64,000 nucleotides of DNA from positions 4,110 to 68,109 of the forward strand of contig CAZDGL010000004.1 of NCBI GenBank assembly GCA_964505155.1. The letters are read 5' to 3'. A program made the position numbers and the translations under genes. How positions within the stretch are numbered: the stretch's first letter is position 1; each line of letters opens with the position of its first letter. The stretch is from an uncultured Candidatus Saccharibacteria bacterium. Lineage in GTDB: Bacteria; Patescibacteriota; Minisyncoccia; Phycocordibacterales; UBA9973. Below the pieces are notes generated by a model. The model had not been told where the DNA came from. It did no database searches and saw nothing but the letters and a program-made list of their open reading frames with translations. Positions 19,281 to 27,581 of this stretch are shown piece after piece.

Positions 19281-19316
19281 GGTTTTTAGGATTTATGGTG
19301 AGCTTGCCAAACTATT

Positions 19317-19346
19317 GACTTTTCAAGACGTTGGTGCTATAATATA
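19317..19346 (+). promoter_or_regulatory. consensus sigma70 promoter TTGACT-17-TATAAT
   Basis: ttgacttttcaagacgttggtgctataat upstream of the 19391 gene. Confidence 0.6.
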
Positions 19347-19390
19347 AGTCGAAATAACCCATTTTGTTCAAAATCCTTTAAAAATTAGGT

Positions 19391-19792
19391 ATGAAAAATA
19401 TTGCTTCTTTAAACCTTGGTTTTTTGCAAAAACTTGCGATATACCAGGTATTGTTCGGAATCTCTGAGGCAACAAGAGTTGATGTTTATCTCAACAACTC
19501 TTCTATTGAGGAAGTGAAAAGCTTTTTTCACAAATCCGGCCTCTTTTTCCGTGAACTTCGTAAAAGTCGTTCTAAAAATCATGTCGCAGGTTTTGTAATA
19601 TCTTTCTCTCCAAATGCCATAGAGTCTTTTGTTGAGGCTTTGGTAAGGAAAGATCATCAAAAACTGCTGAGGTTGATTGGTCCGCAGTTTACAACTGACC
19701 TGGGCTTTGAATTTCTTAAGAAGGTTCGGGATATGCATAGAAATGCTCCTGCACTTTTTGCAGAAATACAGCTTGTAAGTATTGCTGCATAA
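19391..19792 (+). CDS. hypothetical protein
   Basis: ORF with a dedicated promoter and terminator. Confidence 0.5.
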   Translation: MKNIASLNLGFLQKLAIYQVLFGISEATRVDVYLNNSSIEEVKSFFHKSGLFFRELRKSRSKNHVAGFVISFSPNAIESFVEALVRKDHQKLLRLIGPQFTTDLGFEFLKKVRDMHRNAPALFAEIQLVSIAA

Positions 19793-19796
19793 AATA

Positions 19797-19836
19797 AAGC
19801 GGTTTTGGTCATAGCCAAAACCGCTTTTTTGTTTTT
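19797..19836 (+). terminator. rho-independent terminator
   Basis: gcggttttgg / ccaaaaccgc followed by ttttttgttttt. Confidence 0.8.
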
Positions 19837-19855
19837 GAGGATATAAGATCAGCTA

Positions 19856-20113
19856 TTGACTTTTTATATAAAGCCTGACACAATAAATCCAAACTTAAAA
19901 CCCATTTTTATGTTAACTACCAAAACCATTATTTTGGCTGCCACAGTTACAGCCAAAGGCTTCAATGCGCACCTCACAGAAAAAAGGCTTGTCGAGATCA
20001 AAACCACAGAAATGATTTTCAACAATGGAAAGACCATTCCGCAAAGTCCTGAAGGTGTTAATCTGAGAAAGCCTAACCGTAACCAGGTACTGTACGGGAA
20101 ACAGACCAGGTAA
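19856..20113 (+). CDS. hypothetical small protein
   Basis: ORF with an alternative start at 19910. Has its own terminator. Confidence 0.35.
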   Translation: MTFYIKPDTINPNLKPIFMLTTKTIILAATVTAKGFNAHLTEKRLVEIKTTEMIFNNGKTIPQSPEGVNLRKPNRNQVLYGKQTR

Positions 20114-20120
20114 AACATTT

Positions 20121-20166
20121 TTGCAGGTATGTCACAGCTTTGTGTCATACCTGTTTTGTTTTTTGG
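20121..20166 (+). terminator. rho-independent terminator
   Basis: 12-bp stem caggtatgtcac / gtgtcatacctg with one mismatch, followed by a T-run. Confidence 0.75.
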
Positions 20167-20235
20167 ATTTTTTCTCTTGATTTGAGAATGCTAAGTGATT
20201 GTAAAAAGTTTGTAGTTATGGCAGTATAGATACAT

Positions 20236-20487
20236 ATGACACACGAACAATCATTCCAAAACGAACATTCACCAGCTTTTGAAGAAGCTCTAGCTGCTAT
20301 CTCAGCTGTTAACGCAGAACTTATCAGTTTCCAAGCTAGCGAGCAGGCTTTTGGTGAACTTGGCGCCCTCAAAGATCGTCTAGAAGCAGGCGAGTCAGCA
20401 CAAATCATAATGAAAGAGGCAGAAGACCTTCGCGATCTGGCACAGCAAGCCCACGAGTCCAAAGACAGTCTAGATATAGCTGCGTAA
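20236..20487 (+). CDS. hypothetical small acidic protein (locally GC-rich ORF)
   Basis: 83-aa ORF with clearly higher GC than its neighbours. Followed by a terminator. Confidence 0.45.
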   Translation: MTHEQSFQNEHSPAFEEALAAISAVNAELISFQASEQAFGELGALKDRLEAGESAQIIMKEAEDLRDLAQQAHESKDSLDIAA

Positions 20488-20495
20488 AATAAAAC

Positions 20496-20524
20496 AACGC
20501 CGGATAATCCGGCGTTTTTGTTTG
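20496..20524 (+). terminator. rho-independent terminator
   Basis: cgccgga-taa-tccggcg followed by tttttgtttg. Confidence 0.75.
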
Positions 20525-20547
20525 TAAAAACCCTCAAAATGTGGGAT
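20521..20547 (+). promoter_or_regulatory. 27-bp promoter/operator motif, copy 1 (tttgtaaaaaccctcaaaatgtgggat)
   Basis: Exact 27-mer repeated at 20983-21009. It contains TTGTAA-17-GATTAT and an imperfect palindrome CCCTCA-AAA-TGTGGG. Confidence 0.5.
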
Positions 20548-20556
20548 TATCTTTTT

Positions 20557-20958
20557 ATGGAACAAGACCCATCAAAACCAAAGATTGAAGTAACAGAAAT
20601 ACAAGAAGAGATGAAAAGTGCTGATAAAACAATCTCTGATATAGAGAAACAATTAAATTCTCTGATGGACGATCTAGAACACAATGCCAATCTCTTGGAA
20701 ACAAAGATATTATTTGCTGAAATTGAGGATTCAAATAAAGATTTTCAAGATGTTGGGGCTAGCTATTCACCAGAAAAAGCTGAAGAATTGAAACAAGATA
20801 TTATTAAGTCTTTGGCTACTATACATATTTTGCAAGAACAAATAATGAAATTACATAGTGACAGGGAAGATGTGGAAAATATCAAATTACGCCTCCAAAC
20901 TCTACAAGAAGACTACAAAAAACAGCTAGTTAGTATATCCGAAGGACAGCAAAATTAG
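20557..20958 (+). CDS. hypothetical coiled-coil protein, apparently leaderless
   Basis: The Met at 20557 lies about 8 nt after the putative -10. The track start at 20518 is inside the promoter motif. Confidence 0.45.
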   Translation: MEQDPSKPKIEVTEIQEEMKSADKTISDIEKQLNSLMDDLEHNANLLETKILFAEIEDSNKDFQDVGASYSPEKAEELKQDIIKSLATIHILQEQIMKLHSDREDVENIKLRLQTLQEDYKKQLVSISEGQQN

Positions 20959-20982
20959 AGCCCAAAACCATCTTTAAAATAG

Positions 20983-21009
20983 TTTGTAAAAACCCTCAAA
21001 ATGTGGGAT
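20983..21009 (+). promoter_or_regulatory. 27-bp promoter/operator motif, copy 2
   Basis: Identical to 20521-20547 and placed directly upstream of the MazG-like gene. Confidence 0.5.
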
Positions 21010-21020
21010 AGTTGTGTTGT

Positions 21021-21368
21021 ATGAAGGACTCAGAGAGGTTTGAATCTCTTGTAGCTCGAATAAAAAAATTTTCTGATGACCGAGATTGGTCTCAATTTCA
21101 TGATCCTAAAAATCTTGCTATTTCTCTAAATCTTGAAGCAACTGAAGTTCTAGAGCTTTATCAGTGGACAAAAGATAATCAACTTAAACCGGAACGGGCT
21201 GGGAAAATAAATGAAGAGCTTGCCGATGTGTTTTATTGGCTCATCCTCCTTTCAAATTATTACAGTATTGATATTGTTGAAGCTCTTGATAAAAAAATGG
21301 ATCAAAATGAAGAAAAATATCCAGTAGAAAAAGCAAAAGGAAAATCAGATAAATATAATGAACTCTAA
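21021..21368 (+). CDS. MazG-like nucleoside triphosphate pyrophosphohydrolase
   Basis: RDWSQFHDPKNLAISLNLEATEVLELYQW...EELADVFYWLILLSNYYSIDIVEALDKKMDQNEEKYP is a typical all-alpha MazG/dCTPase-like NTP-PPase. Confidence 0.7.
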   Translation: MKDSERFESLVARIKKFSDDRDWSQFHDPKNLAISLNLEATEVLELYQWTKDNQLKPERAGKINEELADVFYWLILLSNYYSIDIVEALDKKMDQNEEKYPVEKAKGKSDKYNEL

Positions 21369-23390
21369 ATGTCTGACATAAAAACATTTCCATTTAAAAA
21401 AGACTCTTTTGACCAAATAAAGAAATATAAATTTGGTAAAAATTGGCCAGTTGTTTATGTTCTTGAAGATAAGAAGGAGATTTATATTGGTCAAACAGTC
21501 AATGTGCATGCTAGAAGTAAACAGCACTATGAAAACCCAGAACGAGCAAAACTAAAACAAATTCATATTATTACAGATGAAGAGTTTAATATTTCAGCTG
21601 CTTTTGACATTGAAGCATGGTTAATACAGTATATTTCAGCTGATGAAAAATTTGTTTTACAAAATAGTAATGGTGGTTTAAAAAATCATAACTATTACGA
21701 CAAAGCAAAATACAAAGCAAAATTTGAAATTGCTTGGGATAACTTGCGACAAATGGGTATTGTAAAAAACACCTTAGAAGACCTTAAAAATAGTGACTTA
21801 TTTAAGTATTCTCCTTATAAGTCTTTAACAGAAGACCAATTCACAATATCTAGGCAAATCTTCAAAGATATAAAGAGAAATGAAGTTAATACTTTTATAG
21901 TAAATGGTAAACCAGGTACAGGAAAGACAATCTTAGCCACATATCTTTTTAAGTACTTGAAAGAGCAAGACGAAACAAAAAATATGAATATTGGCCTTGT
22001 TGTACCAATGGCGTCACTTCGAAAAACAATAGCTAGAGTCTTTTCAAAAATAAAAGGCTTAAAATCAAACATGGTTATTGGGCCAAATGATGTTGTAAAA
22101 GACACATATGATTTGCTGATAGTTGATGAATCCCATAGATTGCAAAGACGAAAGGGTATTATGGGTTATGGTGCATATGACAATGTAAATCGTGGGCTTG
22201 GCTTAGGTAATGAAGGCACACAACTTGATTGGATTATGAAGTCATCTAAGCACCAAATATTTTTCTATGATGAAAATCAAAGTGTAAAACCTGCCGACAT
22301 TAGGCCTGAGGATTTTAAAAAACTTAATTCTAAAAAATACGAATTAGTTTCGCAAATGCGCGTTGAGGCTGGTGAAGAATATATTAAATTCATCGAAGAT
22401 TTTTTTGATTTAAAAACTCTAAAAAATACAAATTTTTCAAATTATGATTTTAAAATATTTGATAATGCTAAAAAAATGGTAAACGAAATTAAAGAAAAAG
22501 ATAAAAAGCACAAACTTGCTCGTGTGGTTGCTGGATATGCTTGGCCTTGGCATACAGCACATGGTACCCGTGACTATGATATAGAAATAGGCGATTTAAA
22601 ACTTGTTTGGAACTCTACAGCCCAAGATTGGGTAAATTCGCCAAATGCTATAAATGAAGTTGGTTGTATTCACACTGTGCAGGGTTATGATTTGAATTAT
22701 GTTGGTGTAATTATTGGTCCCGAATTTTCATATGATATAGAAAATAGAAAATTCAAAGTTGATAAGGAAAAATATTTTGACACAAATGGCCGTAATGGTA
22801 TTACTGATCCAAATGAATTAGAAAGATACATAATAAACATTTATAAAACACTACTCACTCGAGGGATAAAAGGCACTTATGTTTATGTTGTCGATGAAAA
22901 TTTAAGAAATTATTTAAACCAAGTTGTAAATAAAACCCTGATCTCAGTTCAAAAAGAAAACACACCAAAAAGTATAAACTCGCCATATATTGGCGAAATG
23001 ATAGGTATTCCACTCGTTGGATCAGCACCATGTGGAGAGCCACTTTTGGGAGAAAGTAATATTGAGGAAATAATACAAGTCGAAAAAAATAAAATTAAAC
23101 CCGGGACAAAATATTTTATTGTTAGAGCTAGTGGAGATTCCATGAATAAAGCCGGGATAGATGACGGTGACCTTGTTCTTTGTCGGTATGCTGAAAAAGG
23201 GGAAACTGGTGACAGAGTTGTTGCACTGCTTGGTGGTGAAAATGTAACAATAAAATATTATGACAAAAAAGATGGGCGTAGAATTTTGTTACCTAAAAGT
23301 ACTAATCCTAATCACCAACCAATCACTCCAGAAGAAGGAGACGTGGTTCAAGGTATTGTCCAAGAGGTAATAAAAATATCAGAAAATTAA
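21369..23390 (+). CDS. fusion of a GIY-YIG nuclease, a DUF2075 P-loop ATPase/helicase-like domain and a LexA/UmuD-like S24 self-cleaving peptidase domain
   Basis: GIY-YIG motifs VVYVLEDKKEIYIGQT..R..QH..E. Walker A NGKPGTGKT and Walker B LLIVDESHRL. The C-terminus IPLVGSAPCGEPLL...VRASGDSMNKAGIDDGDLVL...DRVVALLGGENVTIKYY aligns to the LexA C-domain with the Ser and Lys dyad conserved and a Cys-Gly scissile site as in UmuD. The ATG is directly coupled to the MazG stop (TAAATG). Confidence 0.75.
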   Translation: MSDIKTFPFKKDSFDQIKKYKFGKNWPVVYVLEDKKEIYIGQTVNVHARSKQHYENPERAKLKQIHIITDEEFNISAAFDIEAWLIQYISADEKFVLQNSNGGLKNHNYYDKAKYKAKFEIAWDNLRQMGIVKNTLEDLKNSDLFKYSPYKSLTEDQFTISRQIFKDIKRNEVNTFIVNGKPGTGKTILATYLFKYLKEQDETKNMNIGLVVPMASLRKTIARVFSKIKGLKSNMVIGPNDVVKDTYDLLIVDESHRLQRRKGIMGYGAYDNVNRGLGLGNEGTQLDWIMKSSKHQIFFYDENQSVKPADIRPEDFKKLNSKKYELVSQMRVEAGEEYIKFIEDFFDLKTLKNTNFSNYDFKIFDNAKKMVNEIKEKDKKHKLARVVAGYAWPWHTAHGTRDYDIEIGDLKLVWNSTAQDWVNSPNAINEVGCIHTVQGYDLNYVGVIIGPEFSYDIENRKFKVDKEKYFDTNGRNGITDPNELERYIINIYKTLLTRGIKGTYVYVVDENLRNYLNQVVNKTLISVQKENTPKSINSPYIGEMIGIPLVGSAPCGEPLLGESNIEEIIQVEKNKIKPGTKYFIVRASGDSMNKAGIDDGDLVLCRYAEKGETGDRVVALLGGENVTIKYYDKKDGRRILLPKSTNPNHQPITPEEGDVVQGIVQEVIKISEN

Positions 23391-23402
23391 TTTATTAAAC
23401 AA

Positions 23403-23431
23403 AAAAGAACTTTACAGTTCTCTTTCCACTT
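23403..23431. terminator. bidirectional terminator
   Basis: agaact-ttac-agttct with T-runs on both strands. Confidence 0.55.
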
Positions 23432-23599
23432 TTATTTTTCTTTACGAACTCCTTTGAAAGGTTTGCCGTCTTCTTTTACGTCCATAAAACGACCGCCCGG
23501 TCCTCGTTTGACCCATTCGTCTGTTTTAGGATTAAAAACTTGCGTTCTGTCTTTTACTGCTCCTATGCGTCCGGAGCCCTTAGGGGGATTTTTTGCCAT
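23432..23599 (-). CDS. small basic protein, 56 aa (unannotated ORF)
   Basis: Own translation: MAKNPPKGSGRIGAVKDRTQVFNPKTDEWVKRGPGGRFMDVKEDGKPFKGVRKEK. Below the length cut-off of the ORF track. Has its own terminator. Confidence 0.35.
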   Translation of the reverse strand: MAKNPPKGSGRIGAVKDRTQVFNPKTDEWVKRGPGGRFMDVKEDGKPFKGVRKEK

Positions 23600-23728
23600 A
23601 GTTTTTAATAAATTATTTTATCGCTTCGACTAAGTCGATACTCTGAGTGTATTCCTGAAAATAAGTAGTGTCAAATTATCCACACACTAGATGTTGCATT
23701 ATTAGAACACTCGTTTTATAATAGAGGC

Positions 23729-24415
23729 ATGATTAATGATTATGTCAAATTTATCAAGACCCTTCGAGAAAAGAAGGGTATTTCACAGCTTCAGATCGCA
23801 AAACAGCTAGGCATTTCTCGTGCTTCGTATATTGCTATAGAGCAAGGGAAGCGAGAAATAACACTAGGGGAGCTAGAAAGGCTAGCAGAAATTCTCGGTG
23901 TTTCTATTCAAGACATCAAGCATGGCGAGATTCCAAAATATACAAAATACAAGCAGATGATCCATGCTTTTTTGCGGTTAAATACTAGCTTGCCAAAAAC
24001 AAAGCTCGCAAAGCTACTCTATTTCGCTGACTTTGCTTGGTATTACAAACACCTCGAGAGTATGAGTGGTATGCAGTATCGCAAAATTCAGTATGGACCA
24101 GTGGCTGATACGTATTTTCGTTTGATTGATGAAATGTTTGACGGCGGAGAGATCGTCATAGAAAAGAAGTCTACCCAAACAGGAAATGAAGCAATGCTTA
24201 TCTCAGAGACTCGTGCAGGAGCAAAGGGGGGCTTGTCAGATTTATCAAAAAGTGAGCTTTCTTTGATTCAAGATATAAACAAAAAATGGAAAGATAAGCC
24301 GACTAAAGATATTGTAAGTTTTACTCACAAGCAAATGCCTTATATCTTTGCAGAAGACAATGATATTGTCTCGTATGAGGTATTTGGTCAAGAAAATCCA
24401 GAAGATATTTATTAA
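23729..24415 (+). CDS. protein with an XRE-family HTH and a Panacea/DUF4065 (SocA-like) antitoxin domain
   Basis: N-terminal HTH ISQLQIAKQLGISRASYIAIEQG. C-terminal KLAKLLYFADFAWYYKHLESMSGMQYRKIQYGPV matches the Panacea domain signature. Confidence 0.65.
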   Translation: MINDYVKFIKTLREKKGISQLQIAKQLGISRASYIAIEQGKREITLGELERLAEILGVSIQDIKHGEIPKYTKYKQMIHAFLRLNTSLPKTKLAKLLYFADFAWYYKHLESMSGMQYRKIQYGPVADTYFRLIDEMFDGGEIVIEKKSTQTGNEAMLISETRAGAKGGLSDLSKSELSLIQDINKKWKDKPTKDIVSFTHKQMPYIFAEDNDIVSYEVFGQENPEDIY

Positions 24416-24418
24416 ACT

Positions 24419-24814
24419 ATGAAGTACTCGGTTATATTTGAGCCGTTTACAGATCGGCATTATATAAAAGGATTTGAAAAGAAATATAAAAATGCTTGGG
24501 ACAAGACCCTCAAGTCATTGTACATAGAGTTTACTTTTGCAGAGTTACTTTTTGAAAAGAGCATTGCTGAGACAATATCTAGATCAAGTGATAATACTGT
24601 AAGGATTTGTAAGACTGAATTTAAAATATTGGGGACTGAAAAATCTCGTCATTCTTCAGGAAATAGATGCATTATTGCCATAGATCAAAATATTGGGGTA
24701 GTACGGGTGCTTCTTGTTTATGCAAAAACAGATGTATCTACCTCAGGGAATGAAACCGAGTGGTGGAAAAAAGTTGTAAAGGAAAATTATCCAGAGTATA
24801 AAGAAATCTTATAA
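24419..24814 (+). CDS. putative RelE/ParE-superfamily toxin-like protein
   Basis: YSVIFEPFTDRHYIKGFEKKY...LKSL and ...RCIIAIDQNIGVVRVLLVYAKTD resemble the RelE/ParE fold motifs. Lies 4 nt downstream of the Panacea gene. Confidence 0.45.
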   Translation: MKYSVIFEPFTDRHYIKGFEKKYKNAWDKTLKSLYIEFTFAELLFEKSIAETISRSSDNTVRICKTEFKILGTEKSRHSSGNRCIIAIDQNIGVVRVLLVYAKTDVSTSGNETEWWKKVVKENYPEYKEIL

Positions 24815-24944
24815 AATTTAATTTTATGACCCAAGACGAAATATTTAAAAAGGAAATGGCGATAGCTGAGGAAATATTAGATAAAAAATAAACCCCTGTA
24901 GAAACAGGGGTCGTTGTTGTATTCTAATCGTGAAAAAAGTGACT

Positions 24945-25319
24945 TTATGCGGGCGATCCTTGTCTCACTCTATCGTAGATAGTCACGTAGTTTTCAGGTA
25001 AGGCCCTCGAAGATACTGTGAGTTCATTGAAATCAATGGCAATCTCTTTTGGTGTGCTCAGGATATGAGAGTAGTCAAAGTGCTCTCTGATAAAGATCTC
25101 TTTGAGCCATTTTGGTGGGTGTTGGTCGAGCCGCAAATGAAACGAGGTTCTTTTTTTGAAGCCGTCACTTTGCTCGATATGTTGGCTGATGCCAGAGATG
25201 ACACCTTCCAAAATATCTTGCTGGGCTTTGTTTTCAAACCATTTACTAAGCTGTTGTTCAGCTACTTCCAGCATTTTAGCCAGCACTTCAGTTCTTTTAC
25301 TTTTTCTTGTGAGGAACAT
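24945..25319 (-). CDS. hypothetical protein
   Basis: ORF with a minus-strand terminator at about 24888-24915. Confidence 0.4.
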   Translation of the reverse strand: MFLTRKSKRTEVLAKMLEVAEQQLSKWFENKAQQDILEGVISGISQHIEQSDGFKKRTSFHLRLDQHPPKWLKEIFIREHFDYSHILSTPKEIAIDFNELTVSSRALPENYVTIYDRVRQGSPA

Positions 25320-25429
25320 AGGTTTTGATTTTGTTTTGCCATGATAATAACCTAGTATTCATATTTTGTCAAAGTTAAGTGGCTTTGATCAGGTAGTAAG
25401 TATTTGAGCTTCTGTTATACTGAGCATTC

Positions 25430-26581
25430 ATGAAAACAAAGATTTTGCTCCTCACTACTATCTTTATAGACGTCATTGGTCTTGGGATTATCATCCCAGT
25501 ACTGCCTTTTTATGTCCAAGGCTTTGGGGTCTCTGATACCGTGGTGACTATACTTTTTGCTATATACGCACTGCTTTCGTTTCTTTCGGCACCACTTCTC
25601 GGATCGCTCTCTGATCGCATCGGTCGGCGTCCGATACTTGTGATCAGTATTGCTAGTAGTGCCATAGGCTGGCTCGTCTTTGCTTCAGCTAAAAGCATCG
25701 GTTTGCTTTTTCTTGGGAGGATCATCGATGGACTTGCTGCGGGGAATATCACCAGTGCCCAAAGCGCGCTCGCTGATATCGCCAAGACTGATAAAGAGCG
25801 CACGGTCAATATGGGTCTCTTTGGAGCGCTCTTTGGTATAGGATTTATCGTGGGTCCAGCGATAGGTGGAGCGCTCTCGCATATTAGTACCACCGCACCG
25901 TTTTATTTTGTTGGGATATTGGCGACACTGAACGCTATCTTTGCATTCTTTTTCCTTCCAGAAACACACAAAACAAAACAAGCTGACAAAAAGATTTCAT
26001 ACAATCCTTTTATTCCTATCCGTGATGGATTGGCTCTTCCTGAGATGCGCAAAATATTTGCGACATGGTTTATCTTTGGTATTGCGCTTTCACTTCAACA
26101 AAGTAGCTTCTCGCTTTATCTTGCAAATGCTTTTGGTATGAATGCTTCTACTATCGGCTTGATGTTTGGAGGTATAGGAATCCTGATCTTGATCAACCAG
26201 CTTGTTTTGCTTAGAAAAGTTTGGTTTAAGCTTGGTACTCCTAGGGCTATTGGTCAGATCATGTTTGTTGTCTTTGGTGTAGGGATGATACTTCAGGCTG
26301 TACCTTTTGGCTTGGCTTTGATTGTCGGACTTGTCGCTACGACTCTTAGTCAAGGAACTCTCAGGGCTATTTATGGCGGACTGATAGCTAGTGCTTCTCC
26401 AGAAAAGCGGGGAGAGTATATCGGGATTTCTTCTTCACTTATGTCTCTTTCGATGGTGTTGGGGCCAATGATTGCTACATTTTTTGTAGCGCGTCATCCA
26501 GGACTTTCTTTTGTGATTGCGGGAATACTCGGTTTTGTTGCTTACTCGATCAACATCAACTGGAAGAAATATTGCACATAA
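25430..26581 (+). CDS. MFS transporter (drug/H+ antiporter-like)
   Basis: 12-TM profile. Motif A-like GSLSDRIGRRPIL. Confidence 0.8.
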   Translation: MKTKILLLTTIFIDVIGLGIIIPVLPFYVQGFGVSDTVVTILFAIYALLSFLSAPLLGSLSDRIGRRPILVISIASSAIGWLVFASAKSIGLLFLGRIIDGLAAGNITSAQSALADIAKTDKERTVNMGLFGALFGIGFIVGPAIGGALSHISTTAPFYFVGILATLNAIFAFFFLPETHKTKQADKKISYNPFIPIRDGLALPEMRKIFATWFIFGIALSLQQSSFSLYLANAFGMNASTIGLMFGGIGILILINQLVLLRKVWFKLGTPRAIGQIMFVVFGVGMILQAVPFGLALIVGLVATTLSQGTLRAIYGGLIASASPEKRGEYIGISSSLMSLSMVLGPMIATFFVARHPGLSFVIAGILGFVAYSININWKKYCT

Positions 26582-26614
26582 ATATAGCTTACTCTTTGGT
26601 GCTATACTTCTACT

Positions 26615-27013
26615 ATGAACAATTACACCAACTATAGTGAACTCGTCAAACCATCATGGGCACCACCATCATGGATCTTTGGTCCAGTCTGGAGTGTACT
26701 TTATCTACTGATCGCTATATCTTTTGGATCAGTTGTCAAAATGTTTTTTGAAAAGAAAGTGCCTTTTGTAGTTTTGTTGCCATTTTTGCTCAACATTGTT
26801 TTCAATGCTCTCTTTACTTGGATACAGTTTGGGCTCAAAAACCTTCCTTTGGCTAGCATCGATATATTGCTTGTCCTCGGGACACTTATTTGGGCGATGA
26901 TTGCGATATACCCTTATGCCAAGTGGATAACATGGATGCAGATTCCTTATGTTTTGTGGGTCTCATTTGCGACAGTAGTGCAAATAACTATTACATATTT
27001 AAATACTAAATAA
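26615..27013 (+). CDS. TspO/MBR-family tryptophan-rich membrane protein
   Basis: KPSWAPPSWIFGPVWSVLY. Confidence 0.75.
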   Translation: MNNYTNYSELVKPSWAPPSWIFGPVWSVLYLLIAISFGSVVKMFFEKKVPFVVLLPFLLNIVFNALFTWIQFGLKNLPLASIDILLVLGTLIWAMIAIYPYAKWITWMQIPYVLWVSFATVVQITITYLNTK

Positions 27014-27222
27014 TGTTGATAAAAGTAAAAGTATTTCCTGAGAGCGGGGAAGATAGGATAGAAAAGATAGATGATGAAAACTATCGAGTGTTTGTAAAGG
27101 CTAGTGCTCAAAACGGCCATGCCAACAAAGTCGTGACTTACTTACTTTCAAAGTATTTTGGCAAAAGTGTAAAAATGGCTTCCGGAGGTACTCGCCCCAA
27201 CAAGATATTTGAAGTGTTATAA
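27013..27222 (+). CDS. DUF167/YggU-family protein
   Basis: VKVFPESGEDRIEKIDDENYRVFVKASAQNGHANKVV. Confidence 0.65.
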   Translation: MLIKVKVFPESGEDRIEKIDDENYRVFVKASAQNGHANKVVTYLLSKYFGKSVKMASGGTRPNKIFEVL

Positions 27223-27230
27223 TCATTTCT

Positions 27231-27581
27231 ATGAATCCGTTTAAAATATTGAAAATTAGAAAAACCATAAAAGAAGCTAGGGAAAACCCAAGTGCTTTGG
27301 CTGGGGAGGAGATAAGAGGTGTGCTTTGGGGGCTTTTTGTTATTCCGATAATTATCGGCGCTCTGGTAGTCGTGCTGTTTTTCTTGATAGGCTATACGGA
27401 TGTGCTGGGCTTTACTTGGGGATTTTTCAAGATACTGTTTTGGATCTCTTTGTTTGTTAGTTTGGCGATATTTTCTGTAGTCAAAAAGATAATCAAAGCA
27501 GTAGGCAAAGGTGCAACCGTGGCTACTAAAAAAGTAGTGGATGTTGTGGGACAAGAAGTAAACAATGAAAAAGGAGTTTAA
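27231..27581 (+). CDS. hypothetical membrane protein
   Basis: Three predicted TM helices. Confidence 0.4.
   Translation: MNPFKILKIRKTIKEARENPSALAGEEIRGVLWGLFVIPIIIGALVVVLFFLIGYTDVLGFTWGFFKILFWISLFVSLAIFSVVKKIIKAVGKGATVATKKVVDVVGQEVNNEKGV

Noticed and set aside
24945-25319. Possible HNH/DUF1524-like remnant (REHFDYSHILSTPKE)
   Set aside because: The resemblance to the EHIxP motif is weak, so it is kept as a hypothetical protein.
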